A stretch of 64,000 nucleotides of DNA, taken from the NCBI RefSeq assembly GCF_009834535.1, contig NC_045711.1, positions 48,050,001 through 48,114,000 of the forward strand. The letters are read 5' to 3'. The position numbers and the translations under genes are program-made. Source of the stretch: Camelus ferus (lineage: Eukaryota). Below, piece after piece: positions 49,204 to 62,146 of this stretch. Each line of letters opens with the position of its first letter. Position 1 is the first letter of the stretch. The notes below the pieces were generated by a model, which was given only the letters and a program-made list of their open reading frames with translations, ran no database searches and was not told where the DNA came from.

Positions 49204-49346
49204 CAATGCCAAAAAGACTATCAACCTTGCCAATTCAATGGCCCGTCCATTCACAGCTTTACTAGCCATGAAAGTAAAGCAGATGTTGTTCCCACTCAGG
49301 ATTAGGAGACGTGCATTATTCTCTAGAAGCCACTCCCGGGGAACCA
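49204..49346 (-). CDS. FBXO47: FBXO47 coding exon 8
   Basis: aaAAG|TG GTT CCC = VVPREWLLENNARLLILSGNNICFTFMASKAVNGRAIELARLIVFLAL|GTAAGT; 143 nt. Confidence 0.96.
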
Positions 49347-50012
49347 CTTTTATTAGAGGAAGAACAGTTATTTAATGAGAAATTATACAGTAACAAAGAA
49401 TAAACATCATTAAATACCTGCAATATTATATCACTTTATACAATTAGTGCCAAGCGAGAAGCTCAGAAAAAACACTTTAGTTTTCCAATTACAAGATTCT
49501 ACTGGGTACAGAGATTATTGCCAAGTCACAGCGGCTCTCACAATGTACTATTAATATAATCAAAGCATTTCTCGTACACATGGATCAACAAAGTGGTCTA
49601 ATCCTTTGTACGGATAGAAACCTTATAAACTTTAGAATCTAAAGGATTATGCAGGAATGGGAAGCATTGTTTCACCTCTCCTGTACCAACAGGAGAGGAC
49701 TTTCTTCTTACCCAACTTTAAGAAGGTGTTTCTGAGAACCTGCAAAATGGGAATAACTGAGCTAATTAAATTATGAAGCGTTCAAATAAAAATAGCAATA
49801 AATACATATTTATAAAATTGGCAAGGAAAATTGAAGGAAAGTAAGCTGATTATATGCATTCTCTTCAAACATAATGCCAAACTTTAAGTCTTTTAGAGCA
49901 TTTAGTGATTTCTATTAGGCAATTCATTTGTTACCTTTAGAGTTAGCCTTACAATTTTATAACTATATTCTAACAATACATTTCTATTAATGTGGTAAAT
50001 AATTTTTTTTAC

Positions 50013-50159
50013 CTGATAGTTCATCTACAAGACTGATAACATCATCTACTGTCCATTCTTTGGTGCCTGTGTCATATAGTAATTTAATGGCATCAGCCAA
50101 ACCTTTCAGACTGGGTTCATCTGTAGGTCCTTCTATCATTTTCTGCCAAACCACCTGTC
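50013..50159 (-). CDS. FBXO47: FBXO47 coding exon 7
   Basis: CAG|GA CAG GTG = GQVVWQKMIEGPTDEPSLKGLADAIKLLYDTGTKEWTVDDVISLVDELS V|GTAAAA; 147 nt. Confidence 0.97.
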
Positions 50160-50724
50160 CTGAATGATAATTGAAAAAAAAAAAAAAAAACTAGGCTGTG
50201 ACAGAATAGCTGGCTTCATGATAAAGACCTCACGGATTGTTTAAAAAGGAAATTGGATTGCATAATGGGATCCATTACTTATATATGCCACTTTCATTCT
50301 AAATTTCATAATGAAAGGTCAATTCTGATAACAGTATAAATTTTAATGTCTCTGACTGATGTGATGAAGCACAGCAACAATAGCTAAATGAAGTAAAGAA
50401 AAGGTAGATTCGCCAAGCAAAACAGTGTTTCTGGTTCAAAGACAATGCTACTCCGCAACAGAAATTGGAATAAACAATTGATGTAATTTCACCAAAATGA
50501 AATAACACCTATTGATATCCTTCCAAGAAAAGAGCATGCTGTACTTGAGAATCTTCCTGACCTTTATATCAAAACAGAGTAATCTGGTCATTTAAAATAT
50601 TTATCTATGACCAATTCTCTTTGTGGATTACACACAACAAAATTTGATCCCAGATTAACTTCCTACTGCTACTCAACACACTTTAAACTGGTTAACTACT
50701 GACACAAGACAGTGTGAACTAAAG

Positions 50725-50854
50725 NNNNNNNNNNNNNNNNNNNNNNNNNNNNNNNNNNNNNNNNNNNNNNNNNNNNNNNNNNNNNNNNNNNNNNNNNNNN
50801 NNNNNNNNNNNNNNNNNNNNNNNNNNNNNNNNNNNNNNNNNNNNNNNNNNNNNN
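50725..50854. other. Assembly gap (130 N)
   Basis: N run. Confidence 1.
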
Positions 50855-51048
50855 TTCGAAATTTGTAGATACTGACAGGCATATGTAGAATAGATAAACA
50901 AGATTATACTGTATAGCACAGGGAAATATATACAAGATCTTGTGGTAGCTCACAGCGAAAAAGAATGTGACAATGAATATATGTATGTTCATGTATAACT
51001 GAAAAATTGTGCTGTACACTGGAAATTGACACAACATTGTAAACTGAC
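50855..51048 (+). mobile_element. Young L1 3' end between two N gaps
   Basis: TACTGTATAGCACAGGGAAATATATACAAGATCTTGTG...GCTGTACACTGGAAATTGACACAACATTGTAAACTGAC. Confidence 0.85.
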
Positions 51049-51204
51049 NNNNNNNNNNNNNNNNNNNNNNNNNNNNNNNNNNNNNNNNNNNNNNNNNNNN
51101 NNNNNNNNNNNNNNNNNNNNNNNNNNNNNNNNNNNNNNNNNNNNNNNNNNNNNNNNNNNNNNNNNNNNNNNNNNNNNNNNNNNNNNNNNNNNNNNNNNNN
51201 NNNN
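51049..51204. other. Assembly gap (156 N)
   Basis: N run. Confidence 1.
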
Positions 51205-51256
51205 CCATTAAATAAATAAATACCTAATTACCTCCCCCCACAAAATGAAAAAAAAA
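51205..51256 (+). mobile_element. 3' tail of the same SINE family (head presumably in the N gap)
   Basis: CCATTAAATAAATAAATACCTAATTACCTCCCCCCACAAAA matches the tail pattern of the copies at 22741 and 54655. Confidence 0.7.
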
Positions 51257-51690
51257 TGCATGTTAATTTTAACATTCATCCAAGCAAAACTTAATTAGAA
51301 ATACCAAAAAGTTGCCCCCTCAAATCATTTTATGTACCCCAAATTAAGTAAAACATCAATTCTGACTACCACTTTGCTTCAGTTGCACTGTTAGTCCCCT
51401 CCAGCAGCATATAAATATAATCTTGAGTTAAATAATGGTTAAAAATGAAATGCAGCTATTTTAGGTAAATTAGGGACAATGAGACTATATTTGGAATTGA
51501 CCTGCAATAGAACAATTTGTCTTGACATTTAAGTGATGCACAAGTTAATGTAGTCTACATCTATGAAATCATGAAATACAGTTTAATTATTCAGAATGAT
51601 GAAACTAAGCAGGTACAAAAAGATATATCTCCTAAAGTAAATGTAATTAACCAGTTTTATAACATACATCCCTAAAAAATGGATGCTCAC

Positions 51691-51867
51691 CATCTTGAGG
51701 AGATATTGGTCCAAAGATGATATACAATAATCTTGCCTGATTCACCATTGGCCATGGTTTTAATATACGTGTCAACCAAAATGCAGAATCACTTCGATGT
51801 GTCCAGTGATCAAGCAGAGCATTTCTACAGAACAGTCTAATCCTTAACTCCAGTTTTCGGGCACTTC
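51691..51867 (-). CDS. FBXO47: FBXO47 coding exon 6
   Basis: TAG|GA AGT = GSARKLELRIRLFCRNALLDHWTHRSDSAFWLTRILKPWPMVNQARLLYIIFGPISPQD G|GTGAGC; 177 nt. Confidence 0.97.
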
Positions 51868-52009
51868 CTATGAAGACAAAAGAATTGTAAACCATTCTTT
51901 CTAGAAAGATTGATATGTATATTGGATAGGCTAAAGACATACATCCTTAATATGCTTTGTACTAAGAGTGTTATTTCAATTTCCTCTGTAAAAATTTTAG
52001 ATCAAGGAA

Positions 52010-53460
52010 CTATTTTTTAAATAACTTTATTAGGATATAATTTACATATCACAATTTACCAATTTAAAGTGTACAGTCAAATCTTTTTTAGTATATTCAG
52101 AGAGCTATGCAGCCATCACTGAATCTATTTTAGAATATTTTCATTACCTCAGAAAGAAACCCTGTTCTTTTAATTGTCACTGTCCTATCCCTCTGTCCTT
52201 TTTCACCCTCAGCACTAAGCACTACTTTTTGTCTCTATAGATTTTCCTATTCTAGACTTTCATATGAAGTCACACAGTTAGGTGGTCTTTGAAACAGACT
52301 TCTTTCACTTAGCATGTTTTCAAGGTTCAACTATATTATGGCATGTATTGATTCCTTTTAATGAACAAATGCTATTCCATTGCATAGATATACCACATTT
52401 TGTTTATCCATTCACCCACTGAGGGATATTTGGGTTGCCTCCACCTTTTGGCTATTACGAGTAACGTTGCTATTAACAATCATGTCCAAGTTTCTGTACG
52501 GACATATATTTTAGTTTNNNNNNNNNNNNNNNNNNNNNNNNNNNNNNNNNNNNNNNNNNNNNNNNNNNNNNNNNNNNNNNNNNNNNNNNNNNNNNNNNNN
52601 NNNNNNNNNNNNNNNNNNNNNNNNNNNNNNNNNNNNNNNNNNNNNNNNNNTCCAATTTTCCCACATTGTCACCAACACTTGTTGTTATCTGACATTTAGG
52701 TTCTAGCCATCCTAGGGGCTATGAAGTGGTATCTTATGTTTTTTTAAAAAATAGTTTTATTGAAATATACATAATTTATGTACCATACAATTTACCCATT
52801 TGAAGTGTGTAATTCAATAGTTTTGATATACTACATAATTTTTAAAGTTGTGGTAAAATATATATAAAATTTGCTATTTTAACGTGCACAATTCAGTGGC
52901 GTCAATTACATTCACAATGTTGTTCAACCATCACCACTGTCTTACTCCAAAACTTTTTATTACCTCAAACAGAAACTCTATAACCTTTAAGCAATAACTC
53001 TCCATTTCCCCTTCACCCAGTTTCTGGTAACCTCTAATCTACTTTCTGTTTTTATGAATTTTCTTGTTCTAGGTACCTCACATACGTGGAAGCATACAAT
53101 ATTTGTCCTTTATGTCTGACTTATTTCACTTATTATAATGTTTTCAGAATTCATCCATGTTGTAGCCTGAATCAAAACTTCACTTCTTTTTATGACTGAA
53201 TAATATTCCATTGTAATATATATGCCACATTCTATCCATTCATCTCTTGATGAACACTTGTGTTGCTTCCAGTTTGGGGCTATTGAAAATAATGTTTCAG
53301 TTAACACTGATGTATAAGTATTTGTCCAAGGTCTTGCTCTCAATTCCTTAGTTATAGTCCCAGGAGTGGAATTGCTAGGTCACGTGATAATTCTATGTTT
53401 AGTTTTTTGACGACTGGCCAACCTGTTTTCCACGGTGGTGGCATCATTATACATTTTATA
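52010..53460 (-). mobile_element. Two adjacent older L1M 3' fragments
   Basis: Two antisense L1 3' starts (about 52015 and 52745: TTTATT..ATATAATTTACATA), plus TATTCCATTG..TATGCCACATT and GGAGTGGAATTGCTAGGTCA motifs. Confidence 0.8.
52518..52650. other. Assembly gap (133 N)
   Basis: N run inside L1. Confidence 1.
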
Positions 53461-54199
53461 TTTTTATACCATTTATGTTCTACTTACTCGCAGATAAGAC
53501 AAGTGCAAATAAAGTCTACCAATGCGCTAAGGCCATATGAAAGTAAGTACCCCTGATGTGTTAAGCCAAGCAACACAGAAGTTTAGAGGAAAGAGATTAT
53601 TGCAGCTCTGGAGAGATCAGGAAAGACTTTACAGAAGAGGACAGGTAAATTTGGTCTTAAAGGATGAAAAGGAGAGATGGTATTTCAGGAAAAGGGAGAA
53701 GGAATAAAATGTATAAGGTAGAAATGTGTAAGAGGTATCTGAGACACAGTGGGTGGAGTTATATGACTATATCAAACTGATATACGGAGTAGTGGGCAAT
53801 AAGTTTAAAAAAGTAGGTTAGCATTAGAATGTGAAGGTCAGTATGAATGGTTTGGATTTTATTTTGAAGATATCAGGGAGGTAATACAACTTTTTGATCA
53901 AGAGAGGGACATGATAGTAATTTTGTTTTAGGCTTCTCTATCTTCCATTTTAAAACAAATCTGCCATAATTTGTTTTATAAAGAAAATTTTCAAGCTGAC
54001 AGCAAAATAGAGATACTATAACAAATACTGTGTACCAATCACCTACCTTTGTCAAGACTTTACTTTTTTGCTATATTTGATTCAGATTTTTAAAAATAAA
54101 TAAAAACATTACTGATACAGTTAAAGCTTCTTTTGTATCACTCCCAATCTCCTTCTTCCCCAGAGGTAATCACCATCTTGAATTGGATTTTGTCCCTCC

Positions 54200-54580
54200 T
54201 GTATAAGTCACCAAACAAAACTAATAGGATGTGTACACACATGAGAATTTGCTCATGTGATTGTGGAAACTTGGCAAGTCCATAATATGCAGGGTAGGCT
54301 GGCAGGCTGCAGACAAGGGAAGAGTTGTAGTTCAAGTTCAAAAGCAGTCTGCTGGTAGAATTCTTTCTTGGATGGGGAGGAAAGTCTTTTTCTCAAGGCC
54401 TTTAAGTGATTAGATGAGGCCCACCCACATTATGGATTGTAATCTGCTTTACTCAGAGTCTACTGATTTAAATGTTAATCTCATCTAAAAAATAATTTCA
54501 AAGAAACATCTACAATAATGTTTGACTAAGTATCTAGGTACCATGGCTTACCCAAGTTAACACACAAAATTAACTATCGT
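54200..54580 (+). mobile_element. MLT2-type (ERVL) solo LTR
   Basis: ATAGGATGTGTA...GCTCATGTGATTGTGG...GCAAGTCC...GATTAGATGAGGCCCACCCACATTATGG...AATGTTAATCTCATCTAAAAA...ACACACAAAATTAACTATC. Confidence 0.85.
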
Positions 54581-54654
54581 ATCTCCTAACTATATTCTTA
54601 TACTTTTTTACATCTGGTTATAACCATAAAGAATAAATAGAATTACTTTGCATG

Positions 54655-54800
54655 TTTTTTTTTTTAAACTTTATTTTCCCTTTTTTGGGGTAGGGAGAGG
54701 TAATTAAGTTTATTTATTTTTTTAGTGGAGGTACTGGGGACTGAACCCAGGACCTTCTGCATGCTAGGCAGGAACTCTACCACTGAGCTATATCCTCCCC
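54655..54800 (-). mobile_element. tRNA-Ala-derived SINE, longer form
   Basis: GGAGGTACTGGGGACTGAACCCAGGACC...CTCTACCACTGAGCTATATCCTCCCC preceded by GAGGTAATTAAGTTTATTTA and a T run. Confidence 0.9.
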
Positions 54801-55426
54801 AACTGCATGCTTTTAATTTGCATATAAATAGTATCATATTGAAAGCATTGTTTACTATCCTTTCTTCTCAAATTATATTTTGAGATTTATCCATATTAAT
54901 ACACATGGCTCTAGTTAATCCACTTTAACTACTAATGGTTTTAATTGTATGAATATGCCACCATTCATTTATCCATTTTCCTAACTACAGGCATTAGGTT
55001 GTTTGCAGCTTTCCCTGCTTACATGCTGCAATGTTCACACTTATACATGTCTCCCTGAGCACACTGTGGGAGTTTCTCAGAGTGAAACTGCTAAATTGTA
55101 GGATTCCATAATTTTTAAAATATGAAATATTCCAGGTGTATATAAAGGTTTATAGAATACTATAATGAACACCTTTGTATCCTCCACCAGCTTAAGGAAT
55201 AAAATATTATGTATATATCTGAAGCCCTCTGAGTACTTCTTTCTCTAATCATGGGATATTTTGGCCTCACTGTGTGATTCAGTGTTCATCATTCCCTTAT
55301 ATCTCTTTGTCCTTTTACTACAAATGAATGCCACAATTTATTTTTAAATACACTTTTGAACTATGCTTTTTTTTTGTATCTGTTTTAATCTCTGTACAAT
55401 GTTATCCCTGAATTGTAGTTCTTTAC

Positions 55427-55535
55427 CTGGTTTGCTGCAGACAACTGCCTGCATCTTGCGGGGGAGATTAGTCAGCTCACATAAGAAGTTATAAACACGA
55501 TGGCACTCCAGTTCATCCCAACCTGCTGTTAAGGT
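55427..55535 (-). CDS. FBXO47: FBXO47 coding exon 5
   Basis: CAG|TLTAGWDELECHRVYNFLCELTNLPRKMQAVVCSKP G|GTAAAG; 109 nt. Confidence 0.97.
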
Positions 55536-56649
55536 CTGAGGATGATAAAATAAAGGAAACATTGCAGATGTTCAAACCATCAAATCAGAACATAAGTCAC
55601 TACTGCCTTATGACTATAACTGTTGTAGCACAAGATGGAGGTGATGTGCAATTTTTATCCACTATTGAACTGTTCAATCTATAAACAAAACCTAAAAATG
55701 CTCCAAAATCCAGTTTCTTTCTGGTTGTATAGGTAGTATCTTTTCAGAGAACTAAATGGTACTGAATCCTGAACTCAGACAGTATGAGGAAAATAACAAA
55801 TGAAGGTCCAAACTCTGGAACACAGCTCTAGACATCTGACTCACAACCCTCCTGTGAGTTACTTTTAGACTATAGTCAAACCACTTTGATCCCCTCTACC
55901 TATCACTTATGATTTTGCTTATAAACGATAATAATCTCATTTTAATGTGACAATTATGAGCATTGACTTAGGACATTTGGATGTGAACAAGCAAAAAAAA
56001 ATCTTTTATTAGGACAGAATTTAATAATCATCTTTGAGCAAACCAGAATGTACAGTTAGACATATATAAAAAGAAAACTCAGATGATACTCTACTATACA
56101 TAGATTTTGAAAAGGTTGACTAATCATAACAATTTTTCTTGAAATAGTTGAGCTGGACTTCAGTAGTTTAAAAATTAATCTTTTCTTTCCAGAAGACATA
56201 CTAGAAACTCCTAACAGCTGTTACTTCTGTTGAAGAAAACTCTGTGAACAAGGAACAGGCCTGGGAGGAGACTTAACATTTCACTTTATACCACTTCATA
56301 CTTTTTGAATTTTACATGATTACATGTGCTCATATTATTTGTCTGAAAGGAAAAAAAAAGAAAAAAAATCTATTTTGGTGAAGGCTAATAGGAGAGCCTA
56401 TGCCCCTGGAATCTGGGCATGCAGATGGTGGCTGGCAGGATGGGATATAAGTAAGATTGTTGTAAACCTCATAAGGTATTTTTTAGAAAGTTAATACATG
56501 TAAACTGCTTAGAATAGTGTAATATATTAATAATATATTATTAATATAGAATAGCATTAAATAATGTTATTATTATCTTCTTTGTTTAGAATAAAAGATG
56601 AGTAAAAAATGTTCTTAAAATCATATAGTTGATTTCTTCACCCCCCAAG

Positions 56650-56790
56650 CTTTATTTAGATATAATTGACATATAACATTGTATAAGTTAAAGGTGTAAA
56701 ATGCAGTTAATTTTTATATGCATATATTGCAAAATGATTGCCACAATAAGGTTAGTTACATCTATTACTTCTTATAGTTACAATTTTTTT
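56650..56790 (-). mobile_element. L1 3' end fragment
   Basis: TTTATTTAGATATAATTGACATATAACATTGTATAAGTTAAAGGTGT. Confidence 0.75.
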
Positions 56791-57151
56791 TCATACAGTT
56801 GATTTCTAAGTTCACATCTTAAAGAACTAGCCTAAAACTTAAAACTCATTACACACACACACATCCTACCCTACAATATTTCTAGTCATTACAATTGGCT
56901 GGAAACTTCAAGGACACTAGTATGGAGTGAGTAAGTGTGAAATATTTCTTACCAGTGAGAAACCCAAGAAGAAAATCTGAGGCGGCAAACAACATTATTA
57001 GATTAACACATTCTCAAATCTTTACAATGCTATTTTGTTTTCTTTTTAGATTATTATTACTTTTATTATCCTATCGAAAGACAGATTACGTGCTCTACTT
57101 GTTAACAGTTCAAAAAGAATTCTTTTTCTTCTTTCATTAAAAAAAATGTAC

Positions 57152-57229
57152 CTGTAAAAACATGCCATAACATGATAATCCTAAACATTGCAATGGAGCT
57201 GCACAGCCACTGAATTTAAAACAGGAAAC
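57152..57229 (-). CDS. FBXO47: FBXO47 coding exon 4
   Basis: ttaCAG|VSCFKFSGCAAPLQCLGLSCYGMFLQ|GTACAT; 78 nt, phase 0-0. Confidence 0.97.
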
Positions 57230-57359
57230 CTGTAAAGAGAACAACTATTAATTCCTTCTTTTCAGTGGAACTGTGCAATGATTTAACATTCAAAGTTAAT
57301 GGAAACATGCAAGTATTTTTTTTCAATCTTAACTGAAAATAACTAAAACATTAAATAAC

Positions 57360-58060
57360 AGATAAGCATCATGTTATATAGGTGGGGATTATGAAAGAAG
57401 TATGAAACAAAGTCTCTGCCTAAGGAGCTCACAATTTATTTAGGGCAATAAGATATACACACATGAAATTAATTTGATGTTTCAGGTTAGAATATAATGC
57501 TAAAATGACCGAATAAACATATCAGACACGATAAAGGCAGGGAAAAGATAACTTTGGGAATGATTTTAAAAGCTTATGAAGGATGTGAAACAAGCAATGT
57601 CTTTAAGTAGGATTCAGAGATAATGAACACATAGGATTGGTGAGGCACACAATTAGGGCAAAATTGTATAGAAGTAAGAATTTAAAAGGTCCATTTGGGA
57701 AGAAAGATATGAGCAGCTTAATTAGGCTCAAAGCAGTAGGAAGTAAGGCTGCACTGTCAGGGGGAACCCTAAATACCAGTTATGGACTTCGGGCCTTATC
57801 TTGCTGAAATTCAGCAGCCAATTAAATATTTTTAAGCAAGAAAATTAACTTGATGAAGATAATTCAGTATACAGAATGTCTTGAGGAGTGAAGAATGAAT
57901 GGCAGGAAGGTTATCTGAGAAGCTGCTGCAATAATATAGATCTGAACTCAGTGCAAATACTGGCATGAAAAAAAGCCAATGAATCAGAAACAGTTTGCAT
58001 ACTACTGAGTGCAGAACTGAATCAGCAGCATTAGATGTATGTTTGCGTTTCTATAGTAAA
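57360..58060. mobile_element. L2 fragment in a FBXO47 intron
   Basis: GTCTCTGCCTAAGGAGCTCACAATTT...AGAAGCTGCTGCAATAATATAG; further L2 pieces at about 11600-11720, 47215-48060 and 53500-53900. Confidence 0.6.
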
Positions 58061-58573
58061 ACTCAATGTCTAACATAGATTATGCCCAGACACACTGATA
58101 CACACTTTCAAGTCATAAATTATCACAAAAAGTTTGTCATTTTATATATTAAAAGTATATACAAACTTTTAAACAGTACAAACTGTTTAATGATACAAAC
58201 ATTTAAACAGTAAGACTTTAACATTTGGAAGTTATTTTCATTTTAATAAAATATCTAAATCACCACTTTAAAACATCCTTAGGATTCCCATATGAGGTAA
58301 AAATACTTTTATAAGGCTGATAAACCTAATAAACTTGAATGATGTTATATATAAAATTATTTTATAATAACTAAAATACTCCTATACTACATTTTGGTGT
58401 TTATAATCTCTGAGTACTTGGTAAAGTATCAGATGATCATCAACCAACTCTTTAGTACTAATTCATGAAATTCCACTAATTAAAGACAGATTTAAAATGA
58501 GTATAAGACATTAGTAATAAAATATTTTTACTGGAAATCAGGATTGTGAACTAATTCAGAAGTATGATCTTAC

Positions 58574-58650
58574 TTCTGCAAGCGTCTTGTGAATATACTT
58601 TAGTCTTTCCTTTGTGGGTAGCAGCAACGTACATCTTTTAAATAGTAGAC
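58574..58650 (-). CDS. FBXO47: FBXO47 coding exon 3
   Basis: CAG|GT CTA CTA TTT AAA = GLLFKRCTLLLPTKERLKYIHKTLAE|GTAAGA; 77 nt. Confidence 0.97.
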
Positions 58651-61370
58651 CTGAGTAAATAGAGAGAGAGGTGAAAAAAATGACATCAATGAATATTAAC
58701 TTAAAAGTATCTATAACACAGCATAATGTTTCCTGAAAGTCAAGTATGGTATATCACAGTGACCATGAGCTGATAGGGTTTTTAAGAGGAAGTTTGGGAG
58801 AAAGGGTGCAAAACATTTATAATACACAATACTTACCAAGTGGCTCTGGTGTCCACCTAAGAGGCAAAGGCATAAAGTCTTACAAAAAATTGTGAAATTG
58901 ATACTATAAAATAGATATGTGAAAGTATTTAGATTTAAAAAGATACAACGATCAGACACAAAATAAAATAGGGAAACTATTGTCTTTATTCCATAGAAAG
59001 CATATTCCAGTCTCTCTTAAAATTAGCCCCATGTTCACAAAGGAAAATGTTTTAAGAGTTGCTAATGGAAAGAATGAGAAAAGAGAATTTGTTTTCCCTT
59101 TTCCAAATACAAAAATTTAACGTCCTAAGTACTTAAAATTTCAGAGATTGGAAGTCATGTTTTTTTCTCACAGAAAGTATCCAGCTTGGATGAAATATCT
59201 CTCTTCCTTCAAAGATATCCTTTTATGGGGCTTGCATGTTAAGAATGTATAGAATTTTGTGTTTAGATATTTTAAAAAGAAGAAAAAAACCCTGTAATTT
59301 CCCGTGGCAGGAAGTATATGATTTGCTTCCTCTAACTTTAAGCATTCTGTTTTCCTAAAATGGCAATACACTGTTAACATTCCTATTAGGGCAAATGTCC
59401 TCAAACTAAAAATAAGATACATGGTAGGAAAATATATACCTGAATATCATAACTTCCCTTAGTTTTCACCTTCTCTGCATTTACTTCTTAACATAATGTA
59501 ATAACTAATTTATATAATTCTGTAGACTCAATGGGAATTGAATTTATTTTTAGAAGTTGCTATGTTTGGGTAACACATGACTAAAATTGCTTTTTAAACA
59601 GAAACCGTCCTTATTTTTGAACATAAAAAGACATTTTCAGTGTTTGGTTTTTAGGCTGAGTTCTTTTCCTTTCATGTTTTGGCATCCAGTCCCGAGGCAT
59701 ATCATAGCTGGGGCATTGTAAGCTATAATTGTATGTTGGTTAATTTTCTAATGAAAAACTCCAATTTTTTAAAAATTGAAGTTTTGTTAATTTACAATGT
59801 TGTGTTAGTTCTCGAGTACAGGAAAAATTTCTATTTTTAACGGTTGCAATTTACCATAAAAACCAATACTGGCTGACTTTATTTTTTTAACACAGGTGCT
59901 CTCCTATATATCCTTTAGAAACCAACTTCTTTAATTTCTTCCCACTAAAATAGAGTCAGATGTAATGTTCTTTCCACACTGGCCATCTGCTCTGTTTTGC
60001 GTGAAGAAGCAAATTAAAATGTATAATCCTCAGAATGCAGAATTCTGAAAATGTTATTTTAATGTCTAAAAACAAGAACAGATCAGACAGGAATGGCAAC
60101 ATGAGAAAATGGTGAGTACATCAAACATTTATCTAAAGAATAAGTCATAAGCTAGGTGTCTGCACCAAATTTAAATGGAAGGTTGAAATTATTACATGAG
60201 TAACACCATTTTTAAAAGCTAGCTTTTAAAATCTAGCTTTTAAAATCAGTACATACCTGTATTTTTAACTGAATTACCCATATAATTGTCTAAATGCTTT
60301 TTTGTTTGTTTATGCAATTGAGCCTGGTCAGGGAGAAAACATTTTTTCAAACTAAAACCAAAGAATAAGCTTTTTCCAAATACCACTTTCTCCACAATAG
60401 ATGATGTTTGAAAAAAGATATTTCCAATGAACAGTAGCAAAAAAATAATCGCTGTACTCTGTTACAGGCTTTACTAAGCCTAATCATAAAAACTGAAATC
60501 AGCAACACTGTAACCAGTTACATACCTTCCATTTAGTCTTATTAAGCATACTTGTCAAATATACTTTGATATATTTACACATCTATATAGTCTTATTTTA
60601 CTATCTTAAAGCTAGGCATCCTTGAGCTACTAAAAGGTAATATTCACTTACTCTGATGCTTTTATTTACATCTCACCATCACTCTGATATTTAGTTCTAC
60701 TGCCATGTTTTGGTTAATTATAAGGTAGCTTCATAATTAAATTGATGTCATTAGTCAAGTCAAAATGAGAATTTATTTCAGCACTCTTGGGGAGAATGAA
60801 ATCAATGAATGGGGTGAAAGGTATAAAAGATTACAAATCAAAGGGAAGAACTCGTACAGAATTTCTTTTGATAAGATTAATTTAATGACAGTATAATGGT
60901 TTATTAGAAAATGTGTAGCATGCTTTAAAAAAAGTTGTTTCTGATAAGAGAATAAGTGATTTTCCACAATAATATGTTTAAAATTTTTTTTTTCTATTTT
61001 AAGAACTAGATTATGATTGAAAGGGAAAAGAAGCATAAAGATAAAACACATTAGATCCACAGGAAGTAAAGCATAGAAAATACATCAATTTCTTAAACTG
61101 GTAAGCCACCTAGACAGTAAGCATAGGTGACACTGTAGCTACATGAAATCACAAGGACTGACACATTACATTAAAGTGTATCCTCTGATCTTTAAAGATA
61201 AGTGTAAGGGACTGTTGTTTAGGGAAAGTCCTCATATTGAAGCGTAAAAGCATCATAGAAACAGGAAATATTTCACTTCCCAAGGGCCTTACAGAATTGT
61301 ATAATAAAATCCCTCTAATTAAGCATAGTTCTTTACATGTTAACAATTCTCATTACATTACATAAATTAC

Positions 61371-61541
61371 CTAGAGACCTGTAGTGTTCCAATATAGTGG
61401 AGTNNNNNNNNNNNNNNNNNNNNNNNNNNNNNNNNNNNNNNNNNNNNNNNNNNNNNNNNNNNNNNNNNNNNNNNNNNNNNNNNNNNNNNNNNNNNNNNNN
61501 NNNNNNNNNNNNNNNNNNNNNNNNNNNNNNNNNNNCCTTCA
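61371..61541 (-). CDS. FBXO47: FBXO47 coding exon 2 (mostly N gap)
   Basis: ttgcTAG|TG AAG G (VK..), 132 N, then ..STILEHYRSL G|GTAATT; 171 nt keeps the frame. Confidence 0.9.
61404..61535. other. Assembly gap (132 N) inside FBXO47 coding exon 2
   Basis: N run. Confidence 1.
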
Positions 61542-61965
61542 CTAGCAAAAGAAGTACATATACACACACATATATAAACAGTTTAACTACAAGAACATTA
61601 CTATTACCACAATCTATTAACTTATAAGTTAGCTCATTAATAATAACACTAAAGAATACTAAAAATAAATAATAATATTGGGGAAAAAAGAGGAAAATCT
61701 TAAAATTATTTTAAATCCAGTTCTCAGTGAATTAGAAATATTTGGGGATGTATCATGTCATTAAAATCAGAAGCATGTTTTAAAGAGTTTGAGTATCATA
61801 TTTTCTCTTCATATCCCTTACCTAACAATGATGAAACTTTAGAAAATAAACTTAATGTGAACACAATTAACATTCTAGCAGGGCCTAAGATGACAAGCTA
61901 CATCTTGAAGAAAATAAAATATTCGAGTGTGTCCATGTAGCCTACTCATAGTCTCCAAATCTCAC

Positions 61966-62146
61966 CTGACAAATATCTTAAGATCATATGGAATATTTCC
62001 AATGGCAAGGCTTTAAAATTTCCAAGCGTTGATAAGAGTTGAGAATCTGTGATAACAGTGTTGGAAAAATAGCTGGATCGACGATTACTACGTCGATGAT
62101 TCTTGTTGGGAATCAAAGTGAAACTGGAATTTACTCTGGATGCCAT
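61966..62146 (-). CDS. FBXO47: FBXO47 coding exon 1 (start codon, N-terminal half of F-box)
   Basis: AgaATGG; MASRVNSSFTLIPNKNHRRSNRRSSYFSNTVITDSQLLSTLGNFKALPLEIFHMILRYLS; donor G|GTGAGA; 181 nt; exon acceptor (CAG) lies upstream at 62173. Confidence 0.97.

Noticed and set aside
50660-50724. Possible Y RNA pseudogene fragment before the gap
   Set aside because: Only a short AGTGT..ACTAAAG resemblance; the terminal stems are absent.
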